Shown here one piece after another: positions 9,250 to 20,091 of a stretch of 64,000 nt of DNA. Origin of the DNA: a virus; IMG/VR virus record IMGVR_UViG_3300025121_000776, positions 32,001-96,000 of that record. One strand, 5' to 3'. Made by a program: the position numbers and the translations under genes. Numbering within the stretch: the stretch's first letter is position 1; every line of letters starts with the position of its first letter. The notes under the pieces were generated by a model. That model did no database searches. It was not told the DNA's origin and saw nothing but the letters and a program-made list of their open reading frames with translations.

Positions 9250-11151
9250 ATGGCAAATTTAAATTTAAACGCACAATTTTCTCAATCTGCAGTTGGAATC
9301 AAACAAGTAAATTACTTAAGTAGAGACTTTCAAACTATTAGAACAGATTTAATTAATTATTTAAAAGCTTTTTTTCCAGAGCAATGGCAAGATTTTAATG
9401 TTGCATCTCCAGGAATGGCACTTTTAGAACTTAATGCTTATGTTGGTGACTTATTGTCTTTTTCTATTGATAAAAAATATAACGAACTTTTCCTTGATGG
9501 AGTGCAACAAAGAAGTGCTGTTTATAGAATGGCAAAAACATTCGGATTTAAAGTTCCTGGAACAAGACCATCTCTTACGATTGTAGATATTACTATAGAG
9601 GTTCCTACAACTGCAAATGGTCCAGATTATAGTTATACTCCACTTCTTAGAGCTGGATTACAAATTAGAGGCGGGGGACAAACATTTGAAACAGTTTATG
9701 ATATAGATTTTGCAAACGATTTTAGTGAAGACGGAAGAACAAATAGAACAATACAACCCGTTCTTAATGGAAATCAAGACCTTATAAAATACAGAATTTT
9801 AAAAAGAGAAGTTGTAAAAGCTGGAGTTACAAAAATTTTAAAAATAGAAGTCGCATCTGGAGACCAAAAGCCTTTTATGCAATTTACATTGCCAGAAACA
9901 AATGTATTAGAAATAACAGATGTAATTATTGAATCTGGGGTTGGACTTAATAGAACTCCATCTTACGAAGATTTCCACGATTCAAGCAAAAGATATTGGG
10001 AAGTTGATTATTTAGCAACAGATAAAATTTTTGTAAATGATGACAATGAGATTACAACTAGTGGAATAAAAATTGGAAAATATTTGGAAATTTCAAAAAG
10101 ATTTATAAAAGAATTTATGTCAGATGGAAGTTGTAAATTAACTTTCGGAGGTGGGTCTGAAAATTATGATTCCTATTCAGATTATTTGCAAAACTTAACA
10201 AATACAAATGGGTGTACAACGATGACAGACCTTAATGTGTCTTCATTACTACTTAATCCATCACTTGGGGAAATGGTGCCAGGAAATTGTACAATATATA
10301 TAAAATATAGAATTGGCGGAGGAATATTAAGTAATATAGGGTCTAATGTTTTACAGTCTGTAAGCAATGTAAATGGTATAATTTTAGGCACTGATGCTTC
10401 ATTAAATCAAGCCGTATTATCTTCAATAAGAGCCAATAACCCAATTCCAGCAATCGGAGGAAGAGGACTTCCAACTGTAAGCGAAATTAAAAACTTCATA
10501 TCTTCAAATTTTGCATCGCAAGATAGATGTGTAACCTTAGAAGATTATATTTCAAGAGCATATCAAATCCCAGGAAAATTTGGCGCCCCATTTAGAGTTC
10601 ATGGCATTGTAGATGACAACAAAGTTATTTTATATATTTTAACAATGGATGCTAATGGAAAACTTAATGCTATTTCTACAGGAGAAATAAAAAGGAATTT
10701 GGTAACCTATATAATTCCATACAGAATGATTAATGATTTTGTAGAAATTAATGATGGAAAATTTATTAATCTTAGTGTTGAAGCTGATTTATTTATTGAT
10801 AAAACATATAACGCAAGTGAAGTAAAATTAAATGCTATACTTAAAATTAAAGAATTTTTTACAACAGATAATTGGCAAATGAACCAACATATTTACGTTT
10901 CACAATTAACAGATATTTTAAGAGAAGTGCCTGGTGTTATAAATGTAGTTGATGTGAGATTTTTTAATTTAGAGGGTGGTCCATACTCCACAGTATTGTG
11001 CTCTCAAGCAACAGGCGGAAGAACTCAAGATGTTAATTTAGGAGTTTATAGCACACAAATAGAATATGTTGATAATGCTATATACAGTACACCTCTTTCT
11101 ATGTTTGAAATTCGATATAGTGAAAAGGATATAAAAGTTCGTGCAAGTTAA
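9250..11151 (+). CDS. baseplate wedge protein, T4 gp6 / baseplate J-like
   Basis: YLSRDFQTIRTDLINYLK, PGMALLELNAYVGDLLSF, SQDRCVTLEDY motifs. Confidence 0.85.
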   Translation: MANLNLNAQFSQSAVGIKQVNYLSRDFQTIRTDLINYLKAFFPEQWQDFNVASPGMALLELNAYVGDLLSFSIDKKYNELFLDGVQQRSAVYRMAKTFGFKVPGTRPSLTIVDITIEVPTTANGPDYSYTPLLRAGLQIRGGGQTFETVYDIDFANDFSEDGRTNRTIQPVLNGNQDLIKYRILKREVVKAGVTKILKIEVASGDQKPFMQFTLPETNVLEITDVIIESGVGLNRTPSYEDFHDSSKRYWEVDYLATDKIFVNDDNEITTSGIKIGKYLEISKRFIKEFMSDGSCKLTFGGGSENYDSYSDYLQNLTNTNGCTTMTDLNVSSLLLNPSLGEMVPGNCTIYIKYRIGGGILSNIGSNVLQSVSNVNGIILGTDASLNQAVLSSIRANNPIPAIGGRGLPTVSEIKNFISSNFASQDRCVTLEDYISRAYQIPGKFGAPFRVHGIVDDNKVILYILTMDANGKLNAISTGEIKRNLVTYIIPYRMINDFVEINDGKFINLSVEADLFIDKTYNASEVKLNAILKIKEFFTTDNWQMNQHIYVSQLTDILREVPGVINVVDVRFFNLEGGPYSTVLCSQATGGRTQDVNLGVYSTQIEYVDNAIYSTPLSMFEIRYSEKDIKVRAS

Positions 11152-11171
11152 TGGTTATAATAAAATTGTAA

Positions 11172-14100
11172 ATGCAAGAAGAAATTTTAATAAATAAAAG
11201 CCGATTAGGCACAACTATTCATTTTTTTAATACGGATATTAATGAAAACAACTATTCTGTTTCCACAATACCCGCTATTGTTAAAATAAATAGCAATTTA
11301 GATGTGCCAATAGAATTAAATGCTTACGATGGCGTTTTTTTAACTGGAACTAATTCAACTGTTTTGTGGAAAAGAAATGCTGAGCAAAACTTTGAATTTG
11401 ACACCTTTTTGCCTAATTTAAATTACATCACTGGTAGAACTTTTTCACAAGTCTCTGAAATTGTATTATCTAATTCTAAAAAGGATTTAATGAGAAATAA
11501 ATTTATAAACTCAATGAATTCTCTTTTTACTGCAGGTACTACAACATATGTTTTCTTTGAAGATATAGAAATTGACGATTTGTTTGTAAATATTAAATTA
11601 GAAAGAACCTTTGACGTGCTTAATACATTGAACATTTATAATAAAGTTGACGGTGAACTTACTAAAAGAGAATCTCCTATAGGAGTTGTTTTTGGAAAAC
11701 TAGAAGCTATACAAAAGCTTTCAGATGCAAATGGAAATAAATTAAGAATTCCTTTAAGAAATGTTCCAATAGGAGTTTTTGTGCCATCAGACGATTACCC
11801 AGACCCAAACACAATGGATGATGATGGCAACAGATTAAGATTAAATTATAAAACTTTTCCTGTGACTAAATCCGAACAGTATTTTAACCCAGAATCTTTT
11901 GATATTGATAATAAATTTTTGATTGACATTCCTTTAAATGGGATTAGTCCTCACCCAACATTTCAAAATGTTGTGTATACTAATCAAAATGGAGAATTTA
12001 TTTTGCATGATGTTGAAATTGGGGGGCAGATTTTGTTTTTCGAAGTTGATTTATTAAAACAAGGTTTAACAAAGGATGAAGTTGCACTAAATTTCTTTCC
12101 ATATCCACCTTCTTTTGAAAATGTTTCTATTGATACAATTCCTCATTATTTTTATAGAGCAATTCCCATTGACGTTGTTCCAAGCTGGGGAGTATCTTTT
12201 CAAACTGGATACACTGAAGTTGATGTTGCTGTAAATTTGGACTTGAGAAAATGGACTACATATATTATTCCTCCAGTTACATATAATAATTTTCCAATAG
12301 ATTCTGCAGAATATCAAGAAATATCAAGAGCTCCTCTTACTGTAAAAATTAGAGATATGAGTAGATTCAATGCGTTAAATGCTGTTTCTACCGATATTAA
12401 TTTAAAATCAGAAACATATCCATCGAAACAAATTCAAATGGTGGAAATTGAAAATATAATTGACAAAAACGCTGACCAGCAATGGGAGTGGGCAAATGAA
12501 TTTTCTCAAATAAAAGATAAGGCATTATTTTACACATATGGATATCATGCTATAAAATTACCAGCTAATATTTATGATGATGAAAATTATAAAACCGATT
12601 TATCTGGAAATCCCAAAATAAATGAATATTCACAAGGAGTTTGGTTGTGTGGTTATCAACTTAAAGTATATTTAACCGCAGAAAACACATATTACAGAAC
12701 AACGGGGATGGAAGTTGGATACCATCAAGTTTCACCAAATCCTTGGTTTGATAGAGACCACTTTCATTGTTGTTTAAATGATAATATTAACGCTTATTCT
12801 AATAGTACCATTGATAATGGATTTGGAGTTATGGGAGTTGGAATTGGAACATTTCCATATGAAAAGGTTTGGTCAAAAAATTATCCAACAAAATATTCAA
12901 TCCCCAAAAAACCATTAATCGCAAATTTTACCAATCCATATACAGGAAGAACGTATATAGAAACTCCCGTGTGGAAAGATGGAGACTTAATACTTGGAAA
13001 TTCATATGAAGTCGCTAATGGGTTTGGACTAGGTTGGAACGATAATGTAATCCAATATACAGATTTTGCTACAGATGTTATAGGGGCAGCTGGAAATGCT
13101 GATATGTACAAATATGAGCCAGTAGGAAATGATATTGCTGGGTGTTATGTAAATGGATATACCCCAGATTTCGATTGGGCTGGACTTGGAGCTACATCAA
13201 ATGTCATAAATGCAGAAAAATATCAAAGAACAGAAGCTGGATATGGATATTTTTTATACCCATCAAGTTTACCAAGAATAATAACATATCCATGGTATTA
13301 CGATGGTCTTCATATTAACGAAACAGATTATGTACTTCACAATGGAAGTAATACAACACATGATGATGCTGTAAATTTAGGATATAATAATATTTCTGCA
13401 TGGGCTCATCACTATCATTCTTTTAGTGTATTAAACAAAGGAAAAAGTATAGCAATGGATTTAAGCAATAAATCTCTTCCAGACGACTTCCCAATAATTA
13501 ACGACAGACTTAATATATATAGAATAATTGATGGGAGACATAGATTGCCATACACTACAAAACAGAAAAGTATTTCAACTTATGCAAGGTTACATTTTGG
13601 GGGATATGCTAATAGATTTTTTTCATTAACAGTTACAAATTTAGGAGAGGGAAATGCATCCCTTAAAAACACTCTTAATTATGGAGGAGTCCCAATAAAG
13701 TTATTTAATCCAAATATGCCAGTAGAAACTCATTATTTTGGAAGCTCTTTTGTTTTAAAACCAAATGGGTATTTTAGTGTGTTTTATGGAGATAACACTA
13801 CTGGAATAGAATTAACTATGGCATTTACTGCAATGGATTTTCCTGGAAATAGCAACTACAGCGATATAGATAATCAATATACAAAAACAAAGTATTTAAT
13901 AGGTATAACCGCAAGTGAACCTCTTGATAGTACTATGTATACATTAGGAGGCCATATAGAAATACCTTGGAATGTACAAGCATTACAAAGTAATGCTATT
14001 CTAAATTGGATGGTTGTCTCAGACACCGAAGGTGGAGACAACGGAAGATTGTATGCTGGAGTTGCTGCGGGAACTGGTTGCCAAGGAGGCGATTGTAAGA

Positions 14101-14180
14101 TATCTACTATATCTATTATACAATATACTGACACCCCTGACCACCCGCTCAATAATAGTCCTTATTATATAAATGATTAA
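11172..14180 (+). CDS. large tail/baseplate structural protein with carboxypeptidase-regulatory-like Ig domain
   Basis: 1002 aa; IPLRNVPIGVF...YTNQNGEFILHDV pattern; G/Y/N-rich C-terminal half. Confidence 0.55.
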   Translation: MQEEILINKSRLGTTIHFFNTDINENNYSVSTIPAIVKINSNLDVPIELNAYDGVFLTGTNSTVLWKRNAEQNFEFDTFLPNLNYITGRTFSQVSEIVLSNSKKDLMRNKFINSMNSLFTAGTTTYVFFEDIEIDDLFVNIKLERTFDVLNTLNIYNKVDGELTKRESPIGVVFGKLEAIQKLSDANGNKLRIPLRNVPIGVFVPSDDYPDPNTMDDDGNRLRLNYKTFPVTKSEQYFNPESFDIDNKFLIDIPLNGISPHPTFQNVVYTNQNGEFILHDVEIGGQILFFEVDLLKQGLTKDEVALNFFPYPPSFENVSIDTIPHYFYRAIPIDVVPSWGVSFQTGYTEVDVAVNLDLRKWTTYIIPPVTYNNFPIDSAEYQEISRAPLTVKIRDMSRFNALNAVSTDINLKSETYPSKQIQMVEIENIIDKNADQQWEWANEFSQIKDKALFYTYGYHAIKLPANIYDDENYKTDLSGNPKINEYSQGVWLCGYQLKVYLTAENTYYRTTGMEVGYHQVSPNPWFDRDHFHCCLNDNINAYSNSTIDNGFGVMGVGIGTFPYEKVWSKNYPTKYSIPKKPLIANFTNPYTGRTYIETPVWKDGDLILGNSYEVANGFGLGWNDNVIQYTDFATDVIGAAGNADMYKYEPVGNDIAGCYVNGYTPDFDWAGLGATSNVINAEKYQRTEAGYGYFLYPSSLPRIITYPWYYDGLHINETDYVLHNGSNTTHDDAVNLGYNNISAWAHHYHSFSVLNKGKSIAMDLSNKSLPDDFPIINDRLNIYRIIDGRHRLPYTTKQKSISTYARLHFGGYANRFFSLTVTNLGEGNASLKNTLNYGGVPIKLFNPNMPVETHYFGSSFVLKPNGYFSVFYGDNTTGIELTMAFTAMDFPGNSNYSDIDNQYTKTKYLIGITASEPLDSTMYTLGGHIEIPWNVQALQSNAILNWMVVSDTEGGDNGRLYAGVAAGTGCQGGDCKISTISIIQYTDTPDHPLNNSPYYIND

Positions 14181-16167
14181 TAAAATGGACGAAAGAAAAA
14201 AAACATTATTAGGAAATAAAGACATATTATCAAGGAAAACACAAGACTTTTATGTTGATGTAAATCTTTCTATAGATAATAGGGAAATTATACCATATAA
14301 GTATGATAATATATTTGATTTAACAAAATTTTACAACAAAGAAAGAAATGAATGCAGAAGTTTTGTTATATATGGGATAATAGATTCTTATGTTTGTGAC
14401 TGTAATAATTTAACTATAAAAATATATGATAGCACATCACTATATTCAAACCTTTTGTCAACTGTACAAACTCAAGATATAGTATCAACTCAAATGCAAT
14501 TTCCAAATATTTATGGTAGACTTAAAGGAAAATATATAATTGATAATATTCCTGTAAACTATACTGGATATTCAGTATTTTTAAAACTTGAATCTACAGA
14601 TAGTTTTATAAATCAACAAATTCAAGACAATGTATTTGAACAGCAATTAATTTTTACAACCTTAACGATGAGTAGTTCTGGAGAAAAAGTAGTTGAAAAA
14701 CTTAATTATGGATTGAATGAGGCTGTTACAGATTGTGATGGAAATGTTTTTGAAATAAATAACGATTTTGATTTTTTTTATAATAAGCATTGGATTAAAA
14801 AGAATTTATCAGTTTCAAATTTAAATAGAATCTGGATTGGTAACGAAGAAACAAAATTTTGTGAAACGCAGCAGAATCCAATATATCATGGGAGAACTGT
14901 ATATGGTGTTTTTAATACTGGATATTTCGCATATGGAGAAGTAATGGAGGTTTACGAAATAAACACATCTTCAACAGGAAATTATGAGCCAAATACAGGA
15001 ACAACTCATTATATTCCCCATGTTCCAAGTAATGGATTGTGTCCAACAACTGATACATATAGTTTTACATTTGAACGTGTATTTTCTGCAGCAACTGGAA
15101 ATCTTATTTGGACAGCATCAATAATATGGCCATATGAAAATGCTGTTAATATTTTCCCTTTAAATCCAAACTCAAATGGGTATCCATATTATGAAACACA
15201 ACTTATGAAAACAGAACCAGTTTCTGGAATTAACATTTATAATAGTTACATTAATACTTATTGGGATTTTTTGTATTTCAGATATCAAAATGGTCAACAA
15301 TTTACTGGAGATACATTTAATTTTAATATAACGCAAAACACAATAATTGAGGGAGTTTATCAAGAAATTTGCCCATTATCTTTATATGTAAATCCTGTTT
15401 TTATAAACCCAAATTATTTTTCAGAACCAGCTGCGCCATATAGCTCTGTAACCTACAATCAAAACTCTGGGCAAAACCATGTTAATAAAAAAACGAAATT
15501 TTCTAATGGAGAACAGGTTCAAGTAATTATATCACAGCCTTATTATTATATAGATGATTTTAATATTACTGGGTCAAGTTTAGTTCAAAACAATTATACT
15601 CCTAGTAACTTTGCGTCTTTTATGATGATGATGACTGAGGATACTTATGTTGATTTATTTTATAAGAAATTTCTTACTCTTGATGTGGTTACTGCAACGA
15701 CTGTATCTAAAACACATTATGGGCACAATCAAGATTTAACAGGCACAGCCACAGGTGGATTGAAACTTGATATATTCACTCCAGTATTACCTTCAACCCA
15801 ACAATCAACCACTGGACAAGTAATGCTTCCATCGGGGTATACGATGTCTCCTCTTAATTTATTTGACCAATCACAAGTTTATATTTCGACACAATCAAAT
15901 TGGTGGCCACAAATAAACCCCAAGGTAGGAGAAATTTATACAGCAAAAACGCAATCGTGGGAAGGAGTTTTTGTACTTAATCAAGGAGGCGGGTCTACTT
16001 TCTATGATATTTATGAAGAAATGCCAGGAACATGGTTTTTTACTGGAACCACAGCAGGCGGGGCAACTATTATTCCTTCTTCTCCAAACTTATTGCATAT
16101 TTATGTTACAGGAAACACAGAGGCTATAATTACTTGGATTTTTACTCCAGCACCACACAATATATAA
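14173..16167 (+). CDS. tail-associated structural protein
   Basis: 664 aa, beta-rich T/N/S composition, coupled to the upstream gene. Confidence 0.5.
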   Translation: MINKMDERKKTLLGNKDILSRKTQDFYVDVNLSIDNREIIPYKYDNIFDLTKFYNKERNECRSFVIYGIIDSYVCDCNNLTIKIYDSTSLYSNLLSTVQTQDIVSTQMQFPNIYGRLKGKYIIDNIPVNYTGYSVFLKLESTDSFINQQIQDNVFEQQLIFTTLTMSSSGEKVVEKLNYGLNEAVTDCDGNVFEINNDFDFFYNKHWIKKNLSVSNLNRIWIGNEETKFCETQQNPIYHGRTVYGVFNTGYFAYGEVMEVYEINTSSTGNYEPNTGTTHYIPHVPSNGLCPTTDTYSFTFERVFSAATGNLIWTASIIWPYENAVNIFPLNPNSNGYPYYETQLMKTEPVSGINIYNSYINTYWDFLYFRYQNGQQFTGDTFNFNITQNTIIEGVYQEICPLSLYVNPVFINPNYFSEPAAPYSSVTYNQNSGQNHVNKKTKFSNGEQVQVIISQPYYYIDDFNITGSSLVQNNYTPSNFASFMMMMTEDTYVDLFYKKFLTLDVVTATTVSKTHYGHNQDLTGTATGGLKLDIFTPVLPSTQQSTTGQVMLPSGYTMSPLNLFDQSQVYISTQSNWWPQINPKVGEIYTAKTQSWEGVFVLNQGGGSTFYDIYEEMPGTWFFTGTTAGGATIIPSSPNLLHIYVTGNTEAIITWIFTPAPHNI

Positions 16168-16178
16168 ATTGATAAATC

Positions 16179-17048
16179 ATGAATCTTAATAAATCATATA
16201 TAAAAAAGAAGTTATACTTAAAACCAGTATTAACCATGTCTTCAAAAGATAAGGACAATGCGTTCTATATTGATGTTTTGTTAACAAAAACATTTGAAAT
16301 AATAGATTACGTTGATACTAAAAAGAATGAGAAAATATATACAATAGAAAGACAACAAATAAATCCGTATTATATCAACTTTGGATTTTTTAATACCACC
16401 AACAGAATAAAAGCAAACAAAGGAAAAGATTTAAATTCAGATATGATAAATTATTTAAGAAAGACCTATTCTCAAGAATATATAGTTGATTCTTACCAAA
16501 TATTATATATTAGAAAATTATCTGAAACTTATACAAATAATAATCCAAATGACCCTCTTAACAATTATTTGCAATTTATTATTGATGTTCCTTCTCGAAA
16601 ATTAGACCTTCCATCTTTAAATGGGCAATTATTGAGAAAATTTAGGTTATCTGGAACATCATATTATGATGGAGTTTATATTTATGATTCTTATTTAAAA
16701 GACCCTGCCCCAGATAATACAATTTCTATACTTATGTGTAAGCCAGATAAACCATTGCAAGGCAATTCGTTTACATATAATAACTGGAATTATGTTGCGG
16801 TAGACCCTAATATAGCAACAATACAAATTATAAATGACAGATTAAATAGTACCACAGAAGAAGCACATTTTGATGACCCCAACTGGGATATTAAAACGTG
16901 GTTTAATGATGTTGGATACAATAAAATGCTTTTAAACAAAGATGTAACAACTGGTGATAATGAAATAGAAAAATTAGAAAAATTAAATCTTGACTCAAGC
17001 AGTATAGTATCTAAAGCTTATTTTTTTCCTATACCTATAAATAAATAA
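16179..17048 (+). CDS. hypothetical tail-module protein
   Basis: 289-aa ORF in the operon. Confidence 0.5.
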   Translation: MNLNKSYIKKKLYLKPVLTMSSKDKDNAFYIDVLLTKTFEIIDYVDTKKNEKIYTIERQQINPYYINFGFFNTTNRIKANKGKDLNSDMINYLRKTYSQEYIVDSYQILYIRKLSETYTNNNPNDPLNNYLQFIIDVPSRKLDLPSLNGQLLRKFRLSGTSYYDGVYIYDSYLKDPAPDNTISILMCKPDKPLQGNSFTYNNWNYVAVDPNIATIQIINDRLNSTTEEAHFDDPNWDIKTWFNDVGYNKMLLNKDVTTGDNEIEKLEKLNLDSSSIVSKAYFFPIPINK

Positions 17049-17050
17049 AG

Positions 17051-18697
17051 ATGGAACAAGTCCACGAAATATTATTAAATAGATTTTTTAGCGCAGAAAC
17101 TGCAACTATAAATATTGATGGAATTTTGCAATATTCTAATGAATATTATTTAAATCCAACTGGAGTAGCAGATGAGGTTGTAGACTTCTCAAATGTAAGA
17201 GGGTTTTTATCTAATGAAAACAACCAAAAGATTGTAAAAGCATATTTTTCTTTTATAACTTCTTCTACGATAATGAATTCTTTAATTCCTCCTGCATTCG
17301 CCCCAACCGCAGCATTTAAAGATATATATTACGATGATGAAAAATTAGCAAATTCTTTTAATAATTTCTATAATTCATCAATTGCGAGAGGACAAGACTC
17401 AAGTTTTTTGGTAAATCCAGATATTACAAAAAACTCTATTTCTAATCAATTATTAGCAGGAGATGGAAAAGAAAATATAACACAAACTGTTTATCATAAT
17501 AATTATTATTGGCAAAGTCCAATTCCAGCCACACCTGCTTATTCTCCAGAAAAACACCCATTTACCGCTGTAACTTTAAGTATAAATGATGGTGATAGAA
17601 ATTTAAATGGAGAAGAAAGATTTGTAGAAAAATCTTTAGGGCAAAATTATTATATAAATGTTTTTTTAGAAAAAAACTATACTCAAATGTCAAAAATAAG
17701 CTTTGAGGTGTGCGAAGACTTTGTTTTTAAAGTAATTAACAATAATTCTACTTTTTCTCAAAACACAATAGATAAAATAAAGCATGATGATTATTTTAAA
17801 TCAACAACTAAGGGGATTGATAACTATGATTTGCAGACAACAGAATCTCATTCATTACATCCAAGTACAAGTGGAGAGATAAATTTAGGTTATGATAATT
17901 ATAATAGTTATGATAGTTATTATTATCAAGGAAATGGTATTGTGGTAAACGGAGTAACTGGAACGCCACTAATTCAATGTTTTGTTGACCCAAATTTTAA
18001 AATAAATGAAAACGAAATATGGTCAGATGATATAAATATTCAAAATGTTGTTATATCTAATTCCGCAAATAAAATAATGAACTTAAATAGTTTAATAAAA
18101 ATTGATGCGTCTTTAATACAAAACAGCGATTTATTACAAACAGATTTTGTTGTTTTAGTTATAAGTACAATTTTATTTAATAATAGTGATTTTAAACTTA
18201 GTGGGTCTCTTGCTTTGAGCAAGCAAGGAACTGTGTATAAAAATTATTTAAAGGATGTTGATTTTTCAGTAACAAATAACAATCAAACGGCATCAATGTC
18301 TATTTCAAGTGATGTTGTAATAGAAAATTTTAACCCGAATAATATGCCAACTCAAGCTGTAAACTTTATAAACTCTATATATTTAGCTGGTTTGCATATC
18401 GAAAAAATAAAAAAAGTATTTATACAAGACCCAGATTATTATGTAAATGTTTTTTCTGTATTTACAAATTTAGCACAATTAGATTTGTTTTTAAAAATAG
18501 AAGAGTTGCCCGCAAATGAATTTAACTACAGGTTGCTTAATTATGATTATATTTTAGAAAAAAAGGTTGATAGAAATTATAAAAAAGATTATGTGGATTT
18601 AGAAAATTTTATTCCATTTTTTGAACCGATATCAATAAGTAAAAATTCTTTAATTAAACCAGATTCAGAATTTGCAACTTCAAACAAGATAATATAA
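17051..18697 (+). CDS. hypothetical tail-module protein
   Basis: 548-aa ORF in the operon. Confidence 0.5.
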   Translation: MEQVHEILLNRFFSAETATINIDGILQYSNEYYLNPTGVADEVVDFSNVRGFLSNENNQKIVKAYFSFITSSTIMNSLIPPAFAPTAAFKDIYYDDEKLANSFNNFYNSSIARGQDSSFLVNPDITKNSISNQLLAGDGKENITQTVYHNNYYWQSPIPATPAYSPEKHPFTAVTLSINDGDRNLNGEERFVEKSLGQNYYINVFLEKNYTQMSKISFEVCEDFVFKVINNNSTFSQNTIDKIKHDDYFKSTTKGIDNYDLQTTESHSLHPSTSGEINLGYDNYNSYDSYYYQGNGIVVNGVTGTPLIQCFVDPNFKINENEIWSDDINIQNVVISNSANKIMNLNSLIKIDASLIQNSDLLQTDFVVLVISTILFNNSDFKLSGSLALSKQGTVYKNYLKDVDFSVTNNNQTASMSISSDVVIENFNPNNMPTQAVNFINSIYLAGLHIEKIKKVFIQDPDYYVNVFSVFTNLAQLDLFLKIEELPANEFNYRLLNYDYILEKKVDRNYKKDYVDLENFIPFFEPISISKNSLIKPDSEFATSNKII

Positions 18698-18729
18698 AAA
18701 TTTTAAATTATTTATAAAAAAATAAAATT

Positions 18730-19608
18730 ATGGCAGTAGGAATTTACGGAACGAAGAAATTGGCAGACATAGATTATAATGACTTAGACATTCTATATGC
18801 ATTTGCCCCAAACAGAGAAACAGTAACGGATAATCAATTAAATCCATTATTTTCCACTATATCAAGTAGTGATTTTGCAAAAATGTTCGGTGCAGATGGC
18901 GCCTATAAATTAAAACTTCCAGCAACTACATTTAATAAATTGGGATTTTATGTGGTTTTAATAAAACCCAAGACTTTTGAGACTAATATAATAGATTGTT
19001 CTTTTATAGTGACTGAGACAAACGAAGACATACAAATTTCAAGAAAAGGTATAGTTATTCCAAAATTACAATTTCAGGGCACTGGAAGCTTAATAGGTTA
19101 TCAAATTGAGTACTTTGATGATAATGGAATTAAAATTAAAAACTTTCATAAAATTATAACTGGAAGTGACTCTGTAAGTCCTGCTCAAAACACAAATCAA
19201 CAAATGGCAGGTTCAACAACAAGTTATTCATTAAATGACAGCGGAGATTCTTTGTTTCTTACTTTAACTCCAGACGAAATTAGTCTTATATCAAATACAG
19301 CAAGGGCTGACCTTGGAAAAGCTGGCCAAAAAATTCTTATCTCAAATACATTTTTTGACCCAACAATGTTGGAAATAGAAATGGTTGACCAAACAATAAA
19401 AACGTTGAGCTACGGTATTTTTGGAAACTCTACAAAAGATATGGAAACTGGATTATTCTCCATATTTGATGAAAACAATAATCTTTATAAACAATATAAT
19501 TTGTTAACTAGAAAAAAAGTGTTCTCAAATGGTAACGTTGACTATAAAGAAGGTAGAACAATTATTAACTATAATCAAACCTTTAATGATTTGTCACAAA
19601 ATCAATAA
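18730..19608 (+). CDS. hypothetical virion-module protein
   Basis: 292-aa ORF preceded by TTATTTATA at 18708-18716. Confidence 0.55.
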   Translation: MAVGIYGTKKLADIDYNDLDILYAFAPNRETVTDNQLNPLFSTISSSDFAKMFGADGAYKLKLPATTFNKLGFYVVLIKPKTFETNIIDCSFIVTETNEDIQISRKGIVIPKLQFQGTGSLIGYQIEYFDDNGIKIKNFHKIITGSDSVSPAQNTNQQMAGSTTSYSLNDSGDSLFLTLTPDEISLISNTARADLGKAGQKILISNTFFDPTMLEIEMVDQTIKTLSYGIFGNSTKDMETGLFSIFDENNNLYKQYNLLTRKKVFSNGNVDYKEGRTIINYNQTFNDLSQNQ

Positions 19609-19634
19609 AAAGCCCCAAATTCTGGGTCAGTTCA

Positions 19635-20024
19635 CTATGTGTAGTTATATCCAGCAGTCCAATAAAATGTTCCTGTTCCTCCTCGATAAATAAATGAAAG
19701 GACGTCTTGAACTCCTATTCCAGTAGTGAATAAAATTGTTCCAGCGCCACCATTTACAACTTTACTTGTAGCAGGTAAAGTTAGTGAATAATTTCCTGCC
19801 CCCCCTTGTTCAACAATTATGTTTCCATAATCTCCGTCAGAAACATTTGTTATTGATAAAATTCTTGTTGCCGCAAGAGTTATTTCTGCATTTTTTCCTA
19901 AAGAATAATCCCATATTATCGTTGCGGCATCTGTAAGTGTTTGGAAGGTTTGTGAACTAAAGGCATTGTTTATAGCAATTCTTCCTTGGTCATAAGTATA
20001 TCCAGTTTGTATTAATTCAGCCAT
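19635..20024 (-). CDS. short fibre / receptor-binding-tip-like protein
   Basis: R.AINNAF N-terminus and C-terminal WDYSLG.NAEITL...EQGG.G...DVLSFIY beta-sandwich pattern seen in phage fibre tips. Confidence 0.45.
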   Translation of the reverse strand: MAELIQTGYTYDQGRIAINNAFSSQTFQTLTDAATIIWDYSLGKNAEITLAATRILSITNVSDGDYGNIIVEQGGAGNYSLTLPATSKVVNGGAGTILFTTGIGVQDVLSFIYRGGTGTFYWTAGYNYT

Positions 20025-20091
20025 TTTTCTTTTTTTTATAAATAGTTAGAATATTTTATTTAAAGTAGTAATTACCTAATGTGTCAAAAAA